Source: Mucisphaera calidilacus
GTDB taxonomy: Bacteria > Planctomycetota > Phycisphaerae > Phycisphaerales > Phycisphaeraceae
Length of the DNA: 32,000 nt
Direction of reading: 5' to 3'
NCBI RefSeq assembly: GCF_007748075.1
Contig: NZ_CP036280.1
Location: 2,340,001-2,372,000 of the forward strand
In this document: positions 16,156 to 24,825 of the stretch, one piece after another
Layout: each line of letters begins with the position of its first letter
How positions within the stretch are numbered: position 1 is the first letter of the stretch
The notes under the pieces: generated by a model
Told to the model about the DNA's origin: nothing
Seen by the model: the letters and a program-made list of their open reading frames with translations, nothing else
Databases searched by the model: none
Made by a program: the position numbers and the translations under genes

Positions 16156-18968
16156 GACACCTCCTCCCGCGCCGTCTCGATCAAGTCCTCGCGGTCGGTG
16201 GCGTAATCCGCGCAGAGTGCCTCGTAACCATCCTCGTACCGTGCCTGATCCGAGGGCGGCCAGAAAATACCCGACGCGATCGCTTCCAGGATCCGATCAC
16301 GCTCCGCACGGGCACTCTTGATCTCTTCATCGTTCCAGCCACACAGCACAATGTGGTCATTCGTGTCGGCAGAGGGCTTGGCGGGAAGCACCCAGTAGCC
16401 CGTGTCGATGTCACCCGCTGCCGCTACCGGCTCCTGCCGGACAAGATCGAGGTAGATCGGCAGCTGCAGATCAATCCAGGTCTCGACGCTCGATCGCCAG
16501 TGCTTCTTACGCGGATCATCAACGTTGTCGAACGTCTTGTAATCGAGCACCTGCCAGCCGCCATCAGGATGACGGTCGATGCGGTCGATCTTCCCCTTGA
16601 TGGTCATCGTCCGACCCCCAACCGCAACCGGCAGCCGCAACGATTCCTCCACAGCAACGATCTCCCACCCCTGCTCCCAACGCGCGTGCTGCATCGCGGC
16701 AACCGGCGCCAGACGCTCACGGGCCTGCATGACCTGCAGCCGAAGCGTCGGCGACAGCACGGCCCCCATCCGGGCACGCGCACAACGGTCCAGCGCCTCA
16801 TCAAGCCAAAGCCCGATCCGCGCCTCGCTCGAACGGTCCGCCGGATCCACGTCCTTGAGCGTGGCCAGAACCTCGTGCATCAGCGTGCCGAAGCCCGCCG
16901 CGTCCAGCTCGTACGCCGCATCGCCACTGACCCGCAGCCGACGCACGTGCTTGAGGTAGAAGCGGTACGGACAGCTGATGTAATCGCGAAACGCCGTCAC
17001 ACTGACCCGCTCCGGCACCGCCACCGACGCCGGCGGACAAGCCATCAAAAAGCGATTCGCCTTCCCAGGCTCAATGACCTGCAAACGCTCCGCCGCCGCG
17101 TCACGCCGCGTAAGAAACCGCTGGAGCCTCGCGATCTGCGTCGCACGATCGCCGCCCAGCAGCGGCAGACTCGGCAGCAGCGGATCGTCCTCCGCCGACC
17201 GACCCGTCGCGATCAGCGTCACCCTGTCCCGTGACCCGATCGCCGTGCCGAGTGCCCACAGATCACGCGCACAGCGACGCGTCGCCGTGTCGATACCCAG
17301 ACGAACACGAAGAGACTCGGGCAGAAGACGGTCGGGACGAGGACGAGCCGGGAACTGCCCCTCGTTCAGACCGGCGACCACCAGCACCGGCGAAGGATCG
17401 AAGGCAAGCTCCAGCACGCCCACGATCGCCAGCGCCGACTCATCAACCGGCAGCCCCACCGACGCCGACGCCGCATCCAGCAACCAGCCCCACGCCTCCT
17501 CCAGCGAAAGCTCGGGCTGCTCCACCACACCGCCCGCGAGCTGACTCACCGCATCGATCTGCTCCAGCAACACCTCCAGCGACTCGCCGAGCAACGGCAA
17601 CGCCTCCTTCGCGTGCCCCTCATGGTTGTACAGACCCTCCAGCGCCGAGCGGATCACCCCGGCCCAGCCGCACAGCAGACGAGGCCGCTCCAGGTCCCCG
17701 GGCAGCAAAGCGAGCAGAGCCTCCACAAGCGGGCCGAGCGCCTCGGCCTGACCACGCAGCCAGGACGCGTCAATCTCGCCGATCACCGCCTCGCTCGCGA
17801 CGCGGTCAAGAACACCAACAACGTCCGGAGGCGGCGCCGAGGCCAAACCGCAATGCCGCAGGTAGAGCAGCGCATCGGGATGCCTGAGCAGCACGGCGAG
17901 GTCGTCCAGCCTGCGCGACTCGGCAAACCGGATCAGCAGGCCCAGCAACGTCGCCGGCGGCGTCTGCTCAAGAGGCATCGAACCGATCACCGCCGCAGAC
18001 GTCCCCGCCATCGTGATCGCCGCGCGGATCGGCTCGCTCAGCGTCGGCGAAGTCGTCACCACAGCCACGTCACCCGCGTCGTACCCCGCCCCCCGCGTAT
18101 GCCCCTCGATCGCCTCGACCACCGCCACGTTCTGGTCCGTAGCACGCTCGACAAACCGCAGACACGCGTCATCCAGCGTCGGCGAACGCCCCGCCCAGAC
18201 CTCACCCACAGCCACGCCAAGATCATCGAAAGCCTCGGCATCACCCTCCGGAGCACCCACCAGCGCCGTCACACGATCCGACACGCAGCGCAACAGCCTC
18301 TGCAGCAAGCGCTGAGGCGACATCACACCCAGAAGCAGGATCTCACGCTCGACACGAACCTCGCCCCGCTCGACACAACCCGCGACGTGCCGCCAACGAT
18401 CCTTGAGACCCAGCCGCTCGAGTGCCTCGAGATAGGCACGCTCCAGCAAAGCAAACGCCTCGTACCGAGCCATCGACGGGATATCCACGCCAGCCTCACG
18501 CAACCGGTCAGGCAGCGTCTCAGCCGCAAGGCCCTCGAGCAGCAGTTCATCACTCGTGCGCATCATCCACGTCACCAAAGACTCCCCCGCCGCACCCGAG
18601 ACACTCGCCGCATTCGGAATGAGCGCTTCGATCGCTGCCGGATCCACCCGCTCCAGGACCGACCTGCGAACCAGCAGCGACTGCCACGGCGTAGCCAGCG
18701 TCGGATCGTTCGGCACCGCCAACCGCATCAGCCGCTCCGGGGCGGTGAGCTCAGGCGGCAGCAGAACACGCCCGTCCGCCTCCGCCCGCGCGACCAGCCG
18801 GTCGAGCAACTGCCGACGCGCACGGTCCGACGGAATCGCGATCAACACTCCCGTCAGGTCCCACGCGGGTGTTGACACGTCACCAGCGGGGTAGGCACGC
18901 GCAATCGCCGCCACGGCGAGATCAAGAAGCGGCTGTCCCTGTCCCAGGAAGATTCTGCGTGCGGGCAT
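16152..18968 (-). CDS. addB: AddB-type helicase-nuclease subunit (PD-(D/E)XK nuclease, no Walker A seen)
   Basis: C-terminal nuclease blocks SVTAFRDYISCPYRFYLKHV, GTLMHEVL, KGKIDRIDRHPDGGWQVLDYKT, QLPIYL. Stop TGA overlaps the addA ATG (ATGA, 16152-16155). Start is placed at ATG 18968 (GAGGA 7 nt upstream; MPARRIFLG...). ATG 18986 is also possible. Confidence 0.75.
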   Translation of the reverse strand: MPARRIFLGQGQPLLDLAVAAIARAYPAGDVSTPAWDLTGVLIAIPSDRARRQLLDRLVARAEADGRVLLPPELTAPERLMRLAVPNDPTLATPWQSLLVRRSVLERVDPAAIEALIPNAASVSGAAGESLVTWMMRTSDELLLEGLAAETLPDRLREAGVDIPSMARYEAFALLERAYLEALERLGLKDRWRHVAGCVERGEVRVEREILLLGVMSPQRLLQRLLRCVSDRVTALVGAPEGDAEAFDDLGVAVGEVWAGRSPTLDDACLRFVERATDQNVAVVEAIEGHTRGAGYDAGDVAVVTTSPTLSEPIRAAITMAGTSAAVIGSMPLEQTPPATLLGLLIRFAESRRLDDLAVLLRHPDALLYLRHCGLASAPPPDVVGVLDRVASEAVIGEIDASWLRGQAEALGPLVEALLALLPGDLERPRLLCGWAGVIRSALEGLYNHEGHAKEALPLLGESLEVLLEQIDAVSQLAGGVVEQPELSLEEAWGWLLDAASASVGLPVDESALAIVGVLELAFDPSPVLVVAGLNEGQFPARPRPDRLLPESLRVRLGIDTATRRCARDLWALGTAIGSRDRVTLIATGRSAEDDPLLPSLPLLGGDRATQIARLQRFLTRRDAAAERLQVIEPGKANRFLMACPPASVAVPERVSVTAFRDYISCPYRFYLKHVRRLRVSGDAAYELDAAGFGTLMHEVLATLKDVDPADRSSEARIGLWLDEALDRCARARMGAVLSPTLRLQVMQARERLAPVAAMQHARWEQGWEIVAVEESLRLPVAVGGRTMTIKGKIDRIDRHPDGGWQVLDYKTFDNVDDPRKKHWRSSVETWIDLQLPIYLDLVRQEPVAAAGDIDTGYWVLPAKPSADTNDHIVLCGWNDEEIKSARAERDRILEAIASGIFWPPSDQARYEDGYEALCADYATDREDLIETAREEVS

Positions 18969-19044
18969 CGCCACATCCTCACGCATCGCCCCGCCCTCAG
19001 CAAGCCCGGGTGCCGATCGGCCCGAAAGGCGCTATGCTGTGGCC

Positions 19045-19686
19045 ATGAACGCACTCGAAGAAAGAATCGCACAGTGGGAGCGGATGGCCGCCGAAGCTCC
19101 CGATGACATGGCCTACTTCAGCCTTGGCAACGCCTACCGCGAAGCCGAGCGTCACGAGGACGCCGCCGGCGCCTATCAGAAGGCGATCGACCTCAATGCG
19201 GGCATGTCCCGAGCCTACCAGCACCTCGGCCAGGTCCTGATCAAGACCGACAAACGCGACGAGGCCGCCGAGGTCCTGACCAAGGGCTACAAAGTCGCCG
19301 CGGAGCGAGGCGACGTCATGCCCCAGAAGGCGATGGGCTCGCTGCTCGAGCAGATCGACGCCCCCCTGCCCGAAGTCGTCGACGCCGCGGCCCAGAAGGC
19401 CGAGGTCGAGGCCTCAGGCGACATGGTCCTCGACCGCCGCTACGGTCAGCCACAACCCAGACTCGCCGACCCGCCCATGCGTGGCCCCATCGGACAGTTC
19501 ATCTATGACCACTTCGGTCAGGTGACCTGGAACGAGTGGATCGGCCAAGGCACCAAGGTCATCAACGAACTGCGCCTCGATTTCTCAAATCCTGCCCACC
19601 AAGACGTTTATGAACAACAGATGCTCGAATGGCTCCAGGTTTCCATGGAGGAAATCGAGCAGTACAACGCCGACAAACCCGCGTGA
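19045..19686 (+). CDS. TPR-repeat domain fused to a YggX-like Fe(2+)-trafficking / oxidative-damage-protection domain
   Basis: N-terminal TPR-like helices (AYFSLGNAYREAERHEDAAGAYQKAIDLNAGMSRAYQHLGQVLIK). The C-terminal segment PIGQFIYDHFGQVTWNEWIGQGTKVINELRLDFSNPAHQDVYEQQMLEWL aligns by eye with E. coli YggX [50 protein letters not shown]. Confidence 0.75.
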   Translation: MNALEERIAQWERMAAEAPDDMAYFSLGNAYREAERHEDAAGAYQKAIDLNAGMSRAYQHLGQVLIKTDKRDEAAEVLTKGYKVAAERGDVMPQKAMGSLLEQIDAPLPEVVDAAAQKAEVEASGDMVLDRRYGQPQPRLADPPMRGPIGQFIYDHFGQVTWNEWIGQGTKVINELRLDFSNPAHQDVYEQQMLEWLQVSMEEIEQYNADKPA

Positions 19687-19694
19687 AAAGTCCG

Positions 19695-19722
19695 TGAAAC
19701 CTGAGTTTCGGCACACCGAATA
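19695..19722 (+). promoter_or_regulatory. ECF-sigma-like promoter candidate (TGAAAC-N16-CGAATA)
   Basis: TGAAAC at 19695-19700, a 16-nt spacer, then CGAATA at 19717-19722. It resembles the TGAAAC-N16-CGTA type ECF consensus. It lies about 120 nt upstream of a secreted-protein gene. Confidence 0.2.
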
Positions 19723-19841
19723 CTTCTTTGAGTAGCCTTCGGCGTGGGTTAAGATACATTTGAAGTGATCAGGCAGCCGGTTGTGGCTGCCCAACTTATC
19801 AGTGTACCACTGGCGAATCTGCACAAGAGAAGGGTAACGAG

Positions 19842-21308
19842 ATGGATCGAACACAGGTTTCTGCGCGTTGGCTGCTCACCGCCGCACTGGCTACCGGCCT
19901 CACAACGCAAGCATACGCTGAGGGCGAAATCGAATTCAACGATGACCTGCTGAGCGCTCAGCCCATCACCGACAGCTACGTCTATGGCTACCTGGGCGAT
20001 GGCGGCTTCGGAACGGTCTTCATCGACTACGAACTCTACGGCCCCGACGATTTCGCCTTGCAGACCACGCTCTTTGGCGATACCTCCGATTACTACTACT
20101 ACGACGGCTTCACGCCCGGCCGTGACTTCGTCGTCATCCTCGATAACGACCCCAGCTCAGGCGGCGGCTACGGCTACTTCACCCCGCCCCTGCCCGGACC
20201 CGACGCCGACGACGATGACATCGCCGGCACCGGCTTTGCAAGCGTCGGCTTCACCGGCGCCGACCTGACCCTTGGGCTCGGCGACGGCACAGGCGATCCC
20301 TCCACCGGCCTCCTCGACACCGACGACGACGGAAGCCCCCTCGGCAACGGCGTCGCCTCGGCAATCGCGGGCACCGTCAACCCCGACGGCTCCATCGAAG
20401 TCTTCGTCTCCGGCTACCCCGACGGTCTCGACGGTACTGACGAGACCCCACCCTTCGACGGCAGCGCCTACGACGACGGCAACGGAAACTTCTCCGGCCA
20501 TGGCGAAGAAGGCGACTACCTCATGTACATCATCTTCGACGTCGCCGACCCCTACGAGGCCGTCGACTTCGAGTACTTCCTGCCCGCTCAGGAACTGACC
20601 CCCGACGTCGACTTCTACCGCTGGGATAACGAACCCTACGCGCCCGGCCAGATGGTCCGTGCCTACACCTATGGCTACAGCGAATCCGAGTACAGCGATC
20701 TGGACCTCATGATGGCTGTATACGACGACGCGGGCAACGAAATCGCCTTCAGCGACGACGGGCCGTTCGGCGTCGACCCGGCCGTCAACCTCGTCGTCCC
20801 CATCGATGGCGTCTTCAACATCGGTATCACCGGTTATCCCGACTACGATTTCCTCGGCGATCACTCCGAAACCGGTAGCTACGACCTCTACCTCGATCTG
20901 CTCGGCGACCTGAATTACGATGGCATCGTCGATGCCAACGACATCGACAACCTCTTCGGCAACATCGGCAGCTACGACCTGTACGCCGACATCAACCTCG
21001 ACGGCAACGTGGATGACAACGACGTCGATGACCTGCTCGCGTGGCTCTTCGGCACCGTGCGTGGCGACGCCAACCTCGACGGCTCAGTCGACCTGCTCGA
21101 CCTCTCGCTGCTCGCCGGTAACTTCGACCAGATCGGCGACTGGGCCGGCGGCGACTTCAACGGCGACGGCGTCGTCGACCTGCTCGACCTCTCCATCCTC
21201 GCTGGCAACTTCGGCTTCGCCGGCTTCGCGGTTCCTCTGCCCACCCCCGCCAGCGGCGCATTGCTCGCGACCCTCGCGCTCGCGGGCCTGCGACGCCGAT
21301 CGGCCTGA
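19842..21308 (+). CDS. Secreted protein with two pre-peptidase C-terminal (PPC)-like domains, four dockerin/EF-hand-like repeats and a PEP-CTERM-like tail
   Basis: Signal peptide MDRTQVSARWLLTAALATGLTTQAYA/E. PPC-like segments are EIEFNDDLLSAQPI... and DVDFYRW...DLDLMMAVYDDAGNEIAFSDDG...GSYDLYL. Repeats are DLNYDGIVDANDIDNLF, DINLDGNVDDNDVDDLL, DANLDGSVDLLDLSLLAGNF, DFNGDGVVDLLDLSILAGNF. C-terminus is VPLPTPASGALLATLALAGLRRRSA. Confidence 0.85.
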   Translation: MDRTQVSARWLLTAALATGLTTQAYAEGEIEFNDDLLSAQPITDSYVYGYLGDGGFGTVFIDYELYGPDDFALQTTLFGDTSDYYYYDGFTPGRDFVVILDNDPSSGGGYGYFTPPLPGPDADDDDIAGTGFASVGFTGADLTLGLGDGTGDPSTGLLDTDDDGSPLGNGVASAIAGTVNPDGSIEVFVSGYPDGLDGTDETPPFDGSAYDDGNGNFSGHGEEGDYLMYIIFDVADPYEAVDFEYFLPAQELTPDVDFYRWDNEPYAPGQMVRAYTYGYSESEYSDLDLMMAVYDDAGNEIAFSDDGPFGVDPAVNLVVPIDGVFNIGITGYPDYDFLGDHSETGSYDLYLDLLGDLNYDGIVDANDIDNLFGNIGSYDLYADINLDGNVDDNDVDDLLAWLFGTVRGDANLDGSVDLLDLSLLAGNFDQIGDWAGGDFNGDGVVDLLDLSILAGNFGFAGFAVPLPTPASGALLATLALAGLRRRSA

Positions 21309-21337
21309 CCACCGACACCAGCCCCCGCCTCACCACG

Positions 21338-21362
21338 AACCCGCCAAAAGGCGGGTTTTTTC
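21338..21362 (+). terminator. Rho-independent terminator
   Basis: AACCCGCC-AAAA-GGCGGGTT followed by TTTTT, 30 nt after the stop at 21308. Confidence 0.8.
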
Positions 21363-21400
21363 GTGCCCGACGACCGCCAGTCCCTTTGTAAACTGGTGTT

Positions 21401-22642
21401 ATGAAATACCTGCCTGCGCTCATCGCGTTCCTGACCATCCTGCTCACGGGCTGTGCGGTCACGCCGACAACCACCACCACCGGCGCATCAACATGGTTCG
21501 ACGACGTGCTCGGCGTCCGGGAGGGGCGCTACGGCGGCCTCTTCGACGACCCGGAGGCTCACCGCGTCCAGATCCTCGTCTCCGAGGTCATCGAGCGCAA
21601 CGGCAAACCCGCCGTCCTCAAACGCTACCACTACCGCGTCGATGCCGAGTACATCTACCCCGCCAGCTCGATCAAGGTGGCCGGCTGCGTCGCTGCCCTG
21701 CTCGAACTCCAGCGGCTCGCCGAGCAAACCGGCCTCCCCCTCGATGCCGACACCCCCCTGATGCTCTACCCCCGACAGCCCGACGGCAACATCACCACAC
21801 GCGACGACAGCAACGTCTACAACGGCACCATCACCCTCCATCAGGAGATCCGCAAGGTCTGCTTCGTCTCCTCCAACGAGGGCTACAACCGCCTGTTCGA
21901 CTTCGTCGGCCGCGACCGGCTCAACAAGGACATGTGGGACGCCGGCCTCAAGAGCTTCCGCCTGCGCCACCGCCTCTCCGAACCGGGCGACGAGAACTGG
22001 CAACGCTGGACGCCGCAGATCGACATGATCCTCGACGAACGCGTCCACACCCTCCCCGAGCGGACCGCCACGCTGACACTGCCGCCCTCACAAGTCCCCG
22101 GCTCGATGCTCCTGGGCAAACGCTACTACGACTGGGACGGCAACCTCATCCAGCAGCCGTTCGACTTCACCACCAAGAACCACGTGTCCCTGATCGACCT
22201 CCAGGACATGCTCATCATGATCGCCAGGCCGGAGATCGACCTCGGCAAACCCGGCTTTCCGCTCACCGACGTCCACCGCGCCCTGCTCATGCAGACGCTC
22301 TCGCAGGACCCGCTGGAATCCAAGAATCCCGTCTACCCCGCGACCCGCTACGAGCCCGGCTTCGCCGACAGCTGGTACGTCCCCGGCATCGCCCGCGTCG
22401 TGCCCCGACCCGCGATCTTCAGCGTCGACAAGAGCGGCCAGGCCTACGGCTTCCAGATCGACAACGCCTACTTCCTCGACCGCTCCACAGGCGCTTCCTT
22501 CTTCGTCACCGCGGTTGCCTACAACAACCCCAACCAGACGCTCAACGACAACACCTACAACTACCACGCCACGAGCCGTTTCATGGCCGAACTCGGCGAG
22601 GCCATCGCCCGCAAGCTCTGGGTCCCCACCCAGCGACAGTGA
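21401..22642 (+). CDS. Lipoprotein serine hydrolase, class-A beta-lactamase/PBP-like
   Basis: Lipobox MKYLPALIAFLTILLTGC. Active-site triad of motifs: SxxK (ASSIK), SxN (SSNEGYN), KSG (DKSGQAYG). At 413 aa it is larger than canonical class A enzymes. Confidence 0.7.
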   Translation: MKYLPALIAFLTILLTGCAVTPTTTTTGASTWFDDVLGVREGRYGGLFDDPEAHRVQILVSEVIERNGKPAVLKRYHYRVDAEYIYPASSIKVAGCVAALLELQRLAEQTGLPLDADTPLMLYPRQPDGNITTRDDSNVYNGTITLHQEIRKVCFVSSNEGYNRLFDFVGRDRLNKDMWDAGLKSFRLRHRLSEPGDENWQRWTPQIDMILDERVHTLPERTATLTLPPSQVPGSMLLGKRYYDWDGNLIQQPFDFTTKNHVSLIDLQDMLIMIARPEIDLGKPGFPLTDVHRALLMQTLSQDPLESKNPVYPATRYEPGFADSWYVPGIARVVPRPAIFSVDKSGQAYGFQIDNAYFLDRSTGASFFVTAVAYNNPNQTLNDNTYNYHATSRFMAELGEAIARKLWVPTQRQ

Positions 22643-24715
22643 TCAGGGACGCACCAACCCCGTGTGCCGCAACAACGCATCGATCTGAGGATCGCGACCC
22701 CGGAAGGCACGATAAACCTCCATCGGATGACGGCTCCCCCCCAGCGCCAGCACCGAGTCGCGATAGGTCCGCCCGAGTTCACTCACCTCCGCTTCGTTAT
22801 CGAGTCCAACCTCCTCGAAAGCCGCGAACGCGTCCGCGCTCAGCACCTCGGCCCACTTGTAGCTGTAATACCCCGCCGCGTAACCGCCCGCGAAGATGTG
22901 CGTGAACGAGCACAGGAAACGATCCTCGGGCAGCAAGGGCATCGGCGCCAGCGACGCGCTGATCTCGCGGTGCACGTCCATCGGCGATACGCCCGCCGGC
23001 GCATCGTGGTGCAGACGCAGGTCTGTCAAGGCGAACTCCACCTGACGCAGCGTCATCCAGCCCGTCCGGTAGGTCCGCGCCGCCACGATCTTCTCAAACA
23101 GGTCGTCCGGCAGCGGCTCGCCCGTCTCCACATGACCCGTCATGCCCACCAGCGTCGGCTTGTGATAACACCAGTTCTCCATGAACTGACTCGCCAACTC
23201 CACCGCGTCCCACTCGACGCCGTTGATCCCCGCCACGTCCGCAACGTCCACCGTCGTCAGCATCCCCTGCAGACCGTGACCGAATTCATGGAACAGCGTC
23301 TCGACCTCGCGGAAGCTCATCAGCGACGGCTTGCCGTCCACCGGCGGCGTGCCGTTGCAGACCAGGTGCACCACCGGCAGCTGCAACCCCGAGTCGCGAT
23401 GCATCCGCGTCAGGCACTGATCCATCCACGCCCCGCCTCGCTTGTCCGCCGGCCGCGCGTAGGGATCAAGGTAGAACCCCGCGATCGGCTCGCCCGACGC
23501 GTCGAGCACACGGTAGTAGCGCACGTCCTCCTGCCAGACCGGAGCGACGCCCTCGGTCAGCTCGAACGTGACCCCGAACAGACGCGTGCACAGCGAAAAC
23601 AGCCCGTCGAGAACACGCGGCAGCGGGAAGTAAGGCCGCAACTGCTCGTCCGTAAAATCAAAACGCGTCTCGCGCAAACGCTCGGCCCAGAAGGCCACGT
23701 CCCACCGCGCGAGCTCGCCCTCGTGCCCGTGCTCGTTGGCGAACCGCCGCAGCTCTTCCATCTCCCCGTCCGCGATCGGCTTCGCCGCCTCGGCCAGCTC
23801 GTTGAGCATCGTGCGCACCGCCGCGACACCCGGCGCCATCTTGGCGTCAAGACTGAAGTCGGCATAATTCGCAAAGCCCAGCAGCTCGATCTTCTGCCGA
23901 CGCAGCTCCAGGATCCGATCGATCAGCGGCTGATTATCCAGATCACCCGTCGACGCCTTCGTCGCCGACGCCCGGTACAACGCCTCACGCTGCGACCGGT
24001 TCCGGCTGTGCTCCATGAACGGCCCCAGGCACGGGTAGTCCAGCGTCACCCGCCACGGCCCCGCGTCCGCCGTCGCCTCACTCCCCTCGACGTTCATCCG
24101 GTGCGACTGCGCCGCGATCTGACGCAGGCTCTCGGGCCAGCCCTCCGCGTCCGCCGGGTCCGTCACGATCAGCTCATAAGCCTTGGTCGCGTCGAGAACG
24201 TGGTTCGCAAAATCCGTCGTCAGCTTCGAGAGCTCCTTGGCGATCGCCTCGAATTTCTCCTTCGCCTCACCCTCCAACGCCACACCCGACCGCTCCGCCG
24301 CCTGAATCCGCAGCGTGATCGCACGCCGCTGAGCGTCACGCAGCGCTTCCCACCCCTCGCCGTCACGGATCGCCACCAACGCCTCGTAGATCGGCCGGCT
24401 CTGACCCGCACGCAGGCCGAACGCCACCACCTCCGGCTGGACCGCCTCGTACGCCTCGCGCAACGCCTCCGAGTTCTTCACGCTCATCAGATGACCGACC
24501 GGCGACCAGAAATAGGCGAAACGCGCCTCCAGCTTCTCGAGCGGCTCCATCACACCCGCCCAGGTCGGCTCAGCGGCCGACTCGATCGCCTCGAACGCAG
24601 CGGTCACCTCGGCCAGCGCGGCCTGAACGCCCTCCACAACGTGGGTCGGCTCGATACGGTCGAAGGCCGGCAGGCCCTCGGTCTGCAACAGGGGATTATC
24701 AGCGATCGTGGTCAT
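22643..24715 (-). CDS. prlC: Oligopeptidase A (M3A zinc metallopeptidase)
   Basis: HEFGHGLQ zinc motif. Collinear similarity by eye to E. coli PrlC along the whole length (SPVGHLMSVKNSEALREAYE, EQLRPYFP, RGGAWMD, WDAVELASQFMENWC, FTHIFAGGYAAGYYSYKWAEVLSADAF). ATG 24715 has GAGGAAG upstream. The track start 24742 is a TTG. Confidence 0.9.
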   Translation of the reverse strand: MTTIADNPLLQTEGLPAFDRIEPTHVVEGVQAALAEVTAAFEAIESAAEPTWAGVMEPLEKLEARFAYFWSPVGHLMSVKNSEALREAYEAVQPEVVAFGLRAGQSRPIYEALVAIRDGEGWEALRDAQRRAITLRIQAAERSGVALEGEAKEKFEAIAKELSKLTTDFANHVLDATKAYELIVTDPADAEGWPESLRQIAAQSHRMNVEGSEATADAGPWRVTLDYPCLGPFMEHSRNRSQREALYRASATKASTGDLDNQPLIDRILELRRQKIELLGFANYADFSLDAKMAPGVAAVRTMLNELAEAAKPIADGEMEELRRFANEHGHEGELARWDVAFWAERLRETRFDFTDEQLRPYFPLPRVLDGLFSLCTRLFGVTFELTEGVAPVWQEDVRYYRVLDASGEPIAGFYLDPYARPADKRGGAWMDQCLTRMHRDSGLQLPVVHLVCNGTPPVDGKPSLMSFREVETLFHEFGHGLQGMLTTVDVADVAGINGVEWDAVELASQFMENWCYHKPTLVGMTGHVETGEPLPDDLFEKIVAARTYRTGWMTLRQVEFALTDLRLHHDAPAGVSPMDVHREISASLAPMPLLPEDRFLCSFTHIFAGGYAAGYYSYKWAEVLSADAFAAFEEVGLDNEAEVSELGRTYRDSVLALGGSRHPMEVYRAFRGRDPQIDALLRHTGLVRP

Positions 24716-24759
24716 GGCTTCCTCAACTAAAATTCGTGTCAACAGAGCATAAGCGCATT

Positions 24760-24796
24760 GAAAAAGCCCCGCAGGAATCGAGATTCCAGCGGGGCT
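24760..24796 (-). terminator. Rho-independent terminator after pckG
   Basis: Minus strand reads AGCCCCGC-T-GGAATC-TC-GATTCC-T-GCGGGGCT followed by TTTTT, about 30 nt after the pckG stop. Confidence 0.8.
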
Positions 24797-24825
24797 CGGA
24801 GGAGAAGAGGCAGGGTTAAGCGAGC

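Noticed and set aside
20091-20102. (TAC)4 microsatellite
   Set aside because: It is simply a YYYY run within the PPC-like domain. It is too short to call a tandem repeat locus.
20920-22905. 661-aa plus-strand ORF spanning the end of the dockerin-like gene, the terminator and the whole hydrolase gene
   Set aside because: It crosses a strong intrinsic terminator and an intergenic region, is extremely Arg/Pro/Thr-rich, and is out of frame with two well-supported genes.
24737-24742. Perfect TTGACA (minus strand) upstream of prlC, and another at 26673-26678 upstream of pckG
   Set aside because: For prlC the hexamer is only 21 nt from the ATG, leaving no room for a -10 element plus the observed SD. 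For pckG the element at the 17-nt spacing (ACCAGT) is a poor -10. Not enough to call promoters.
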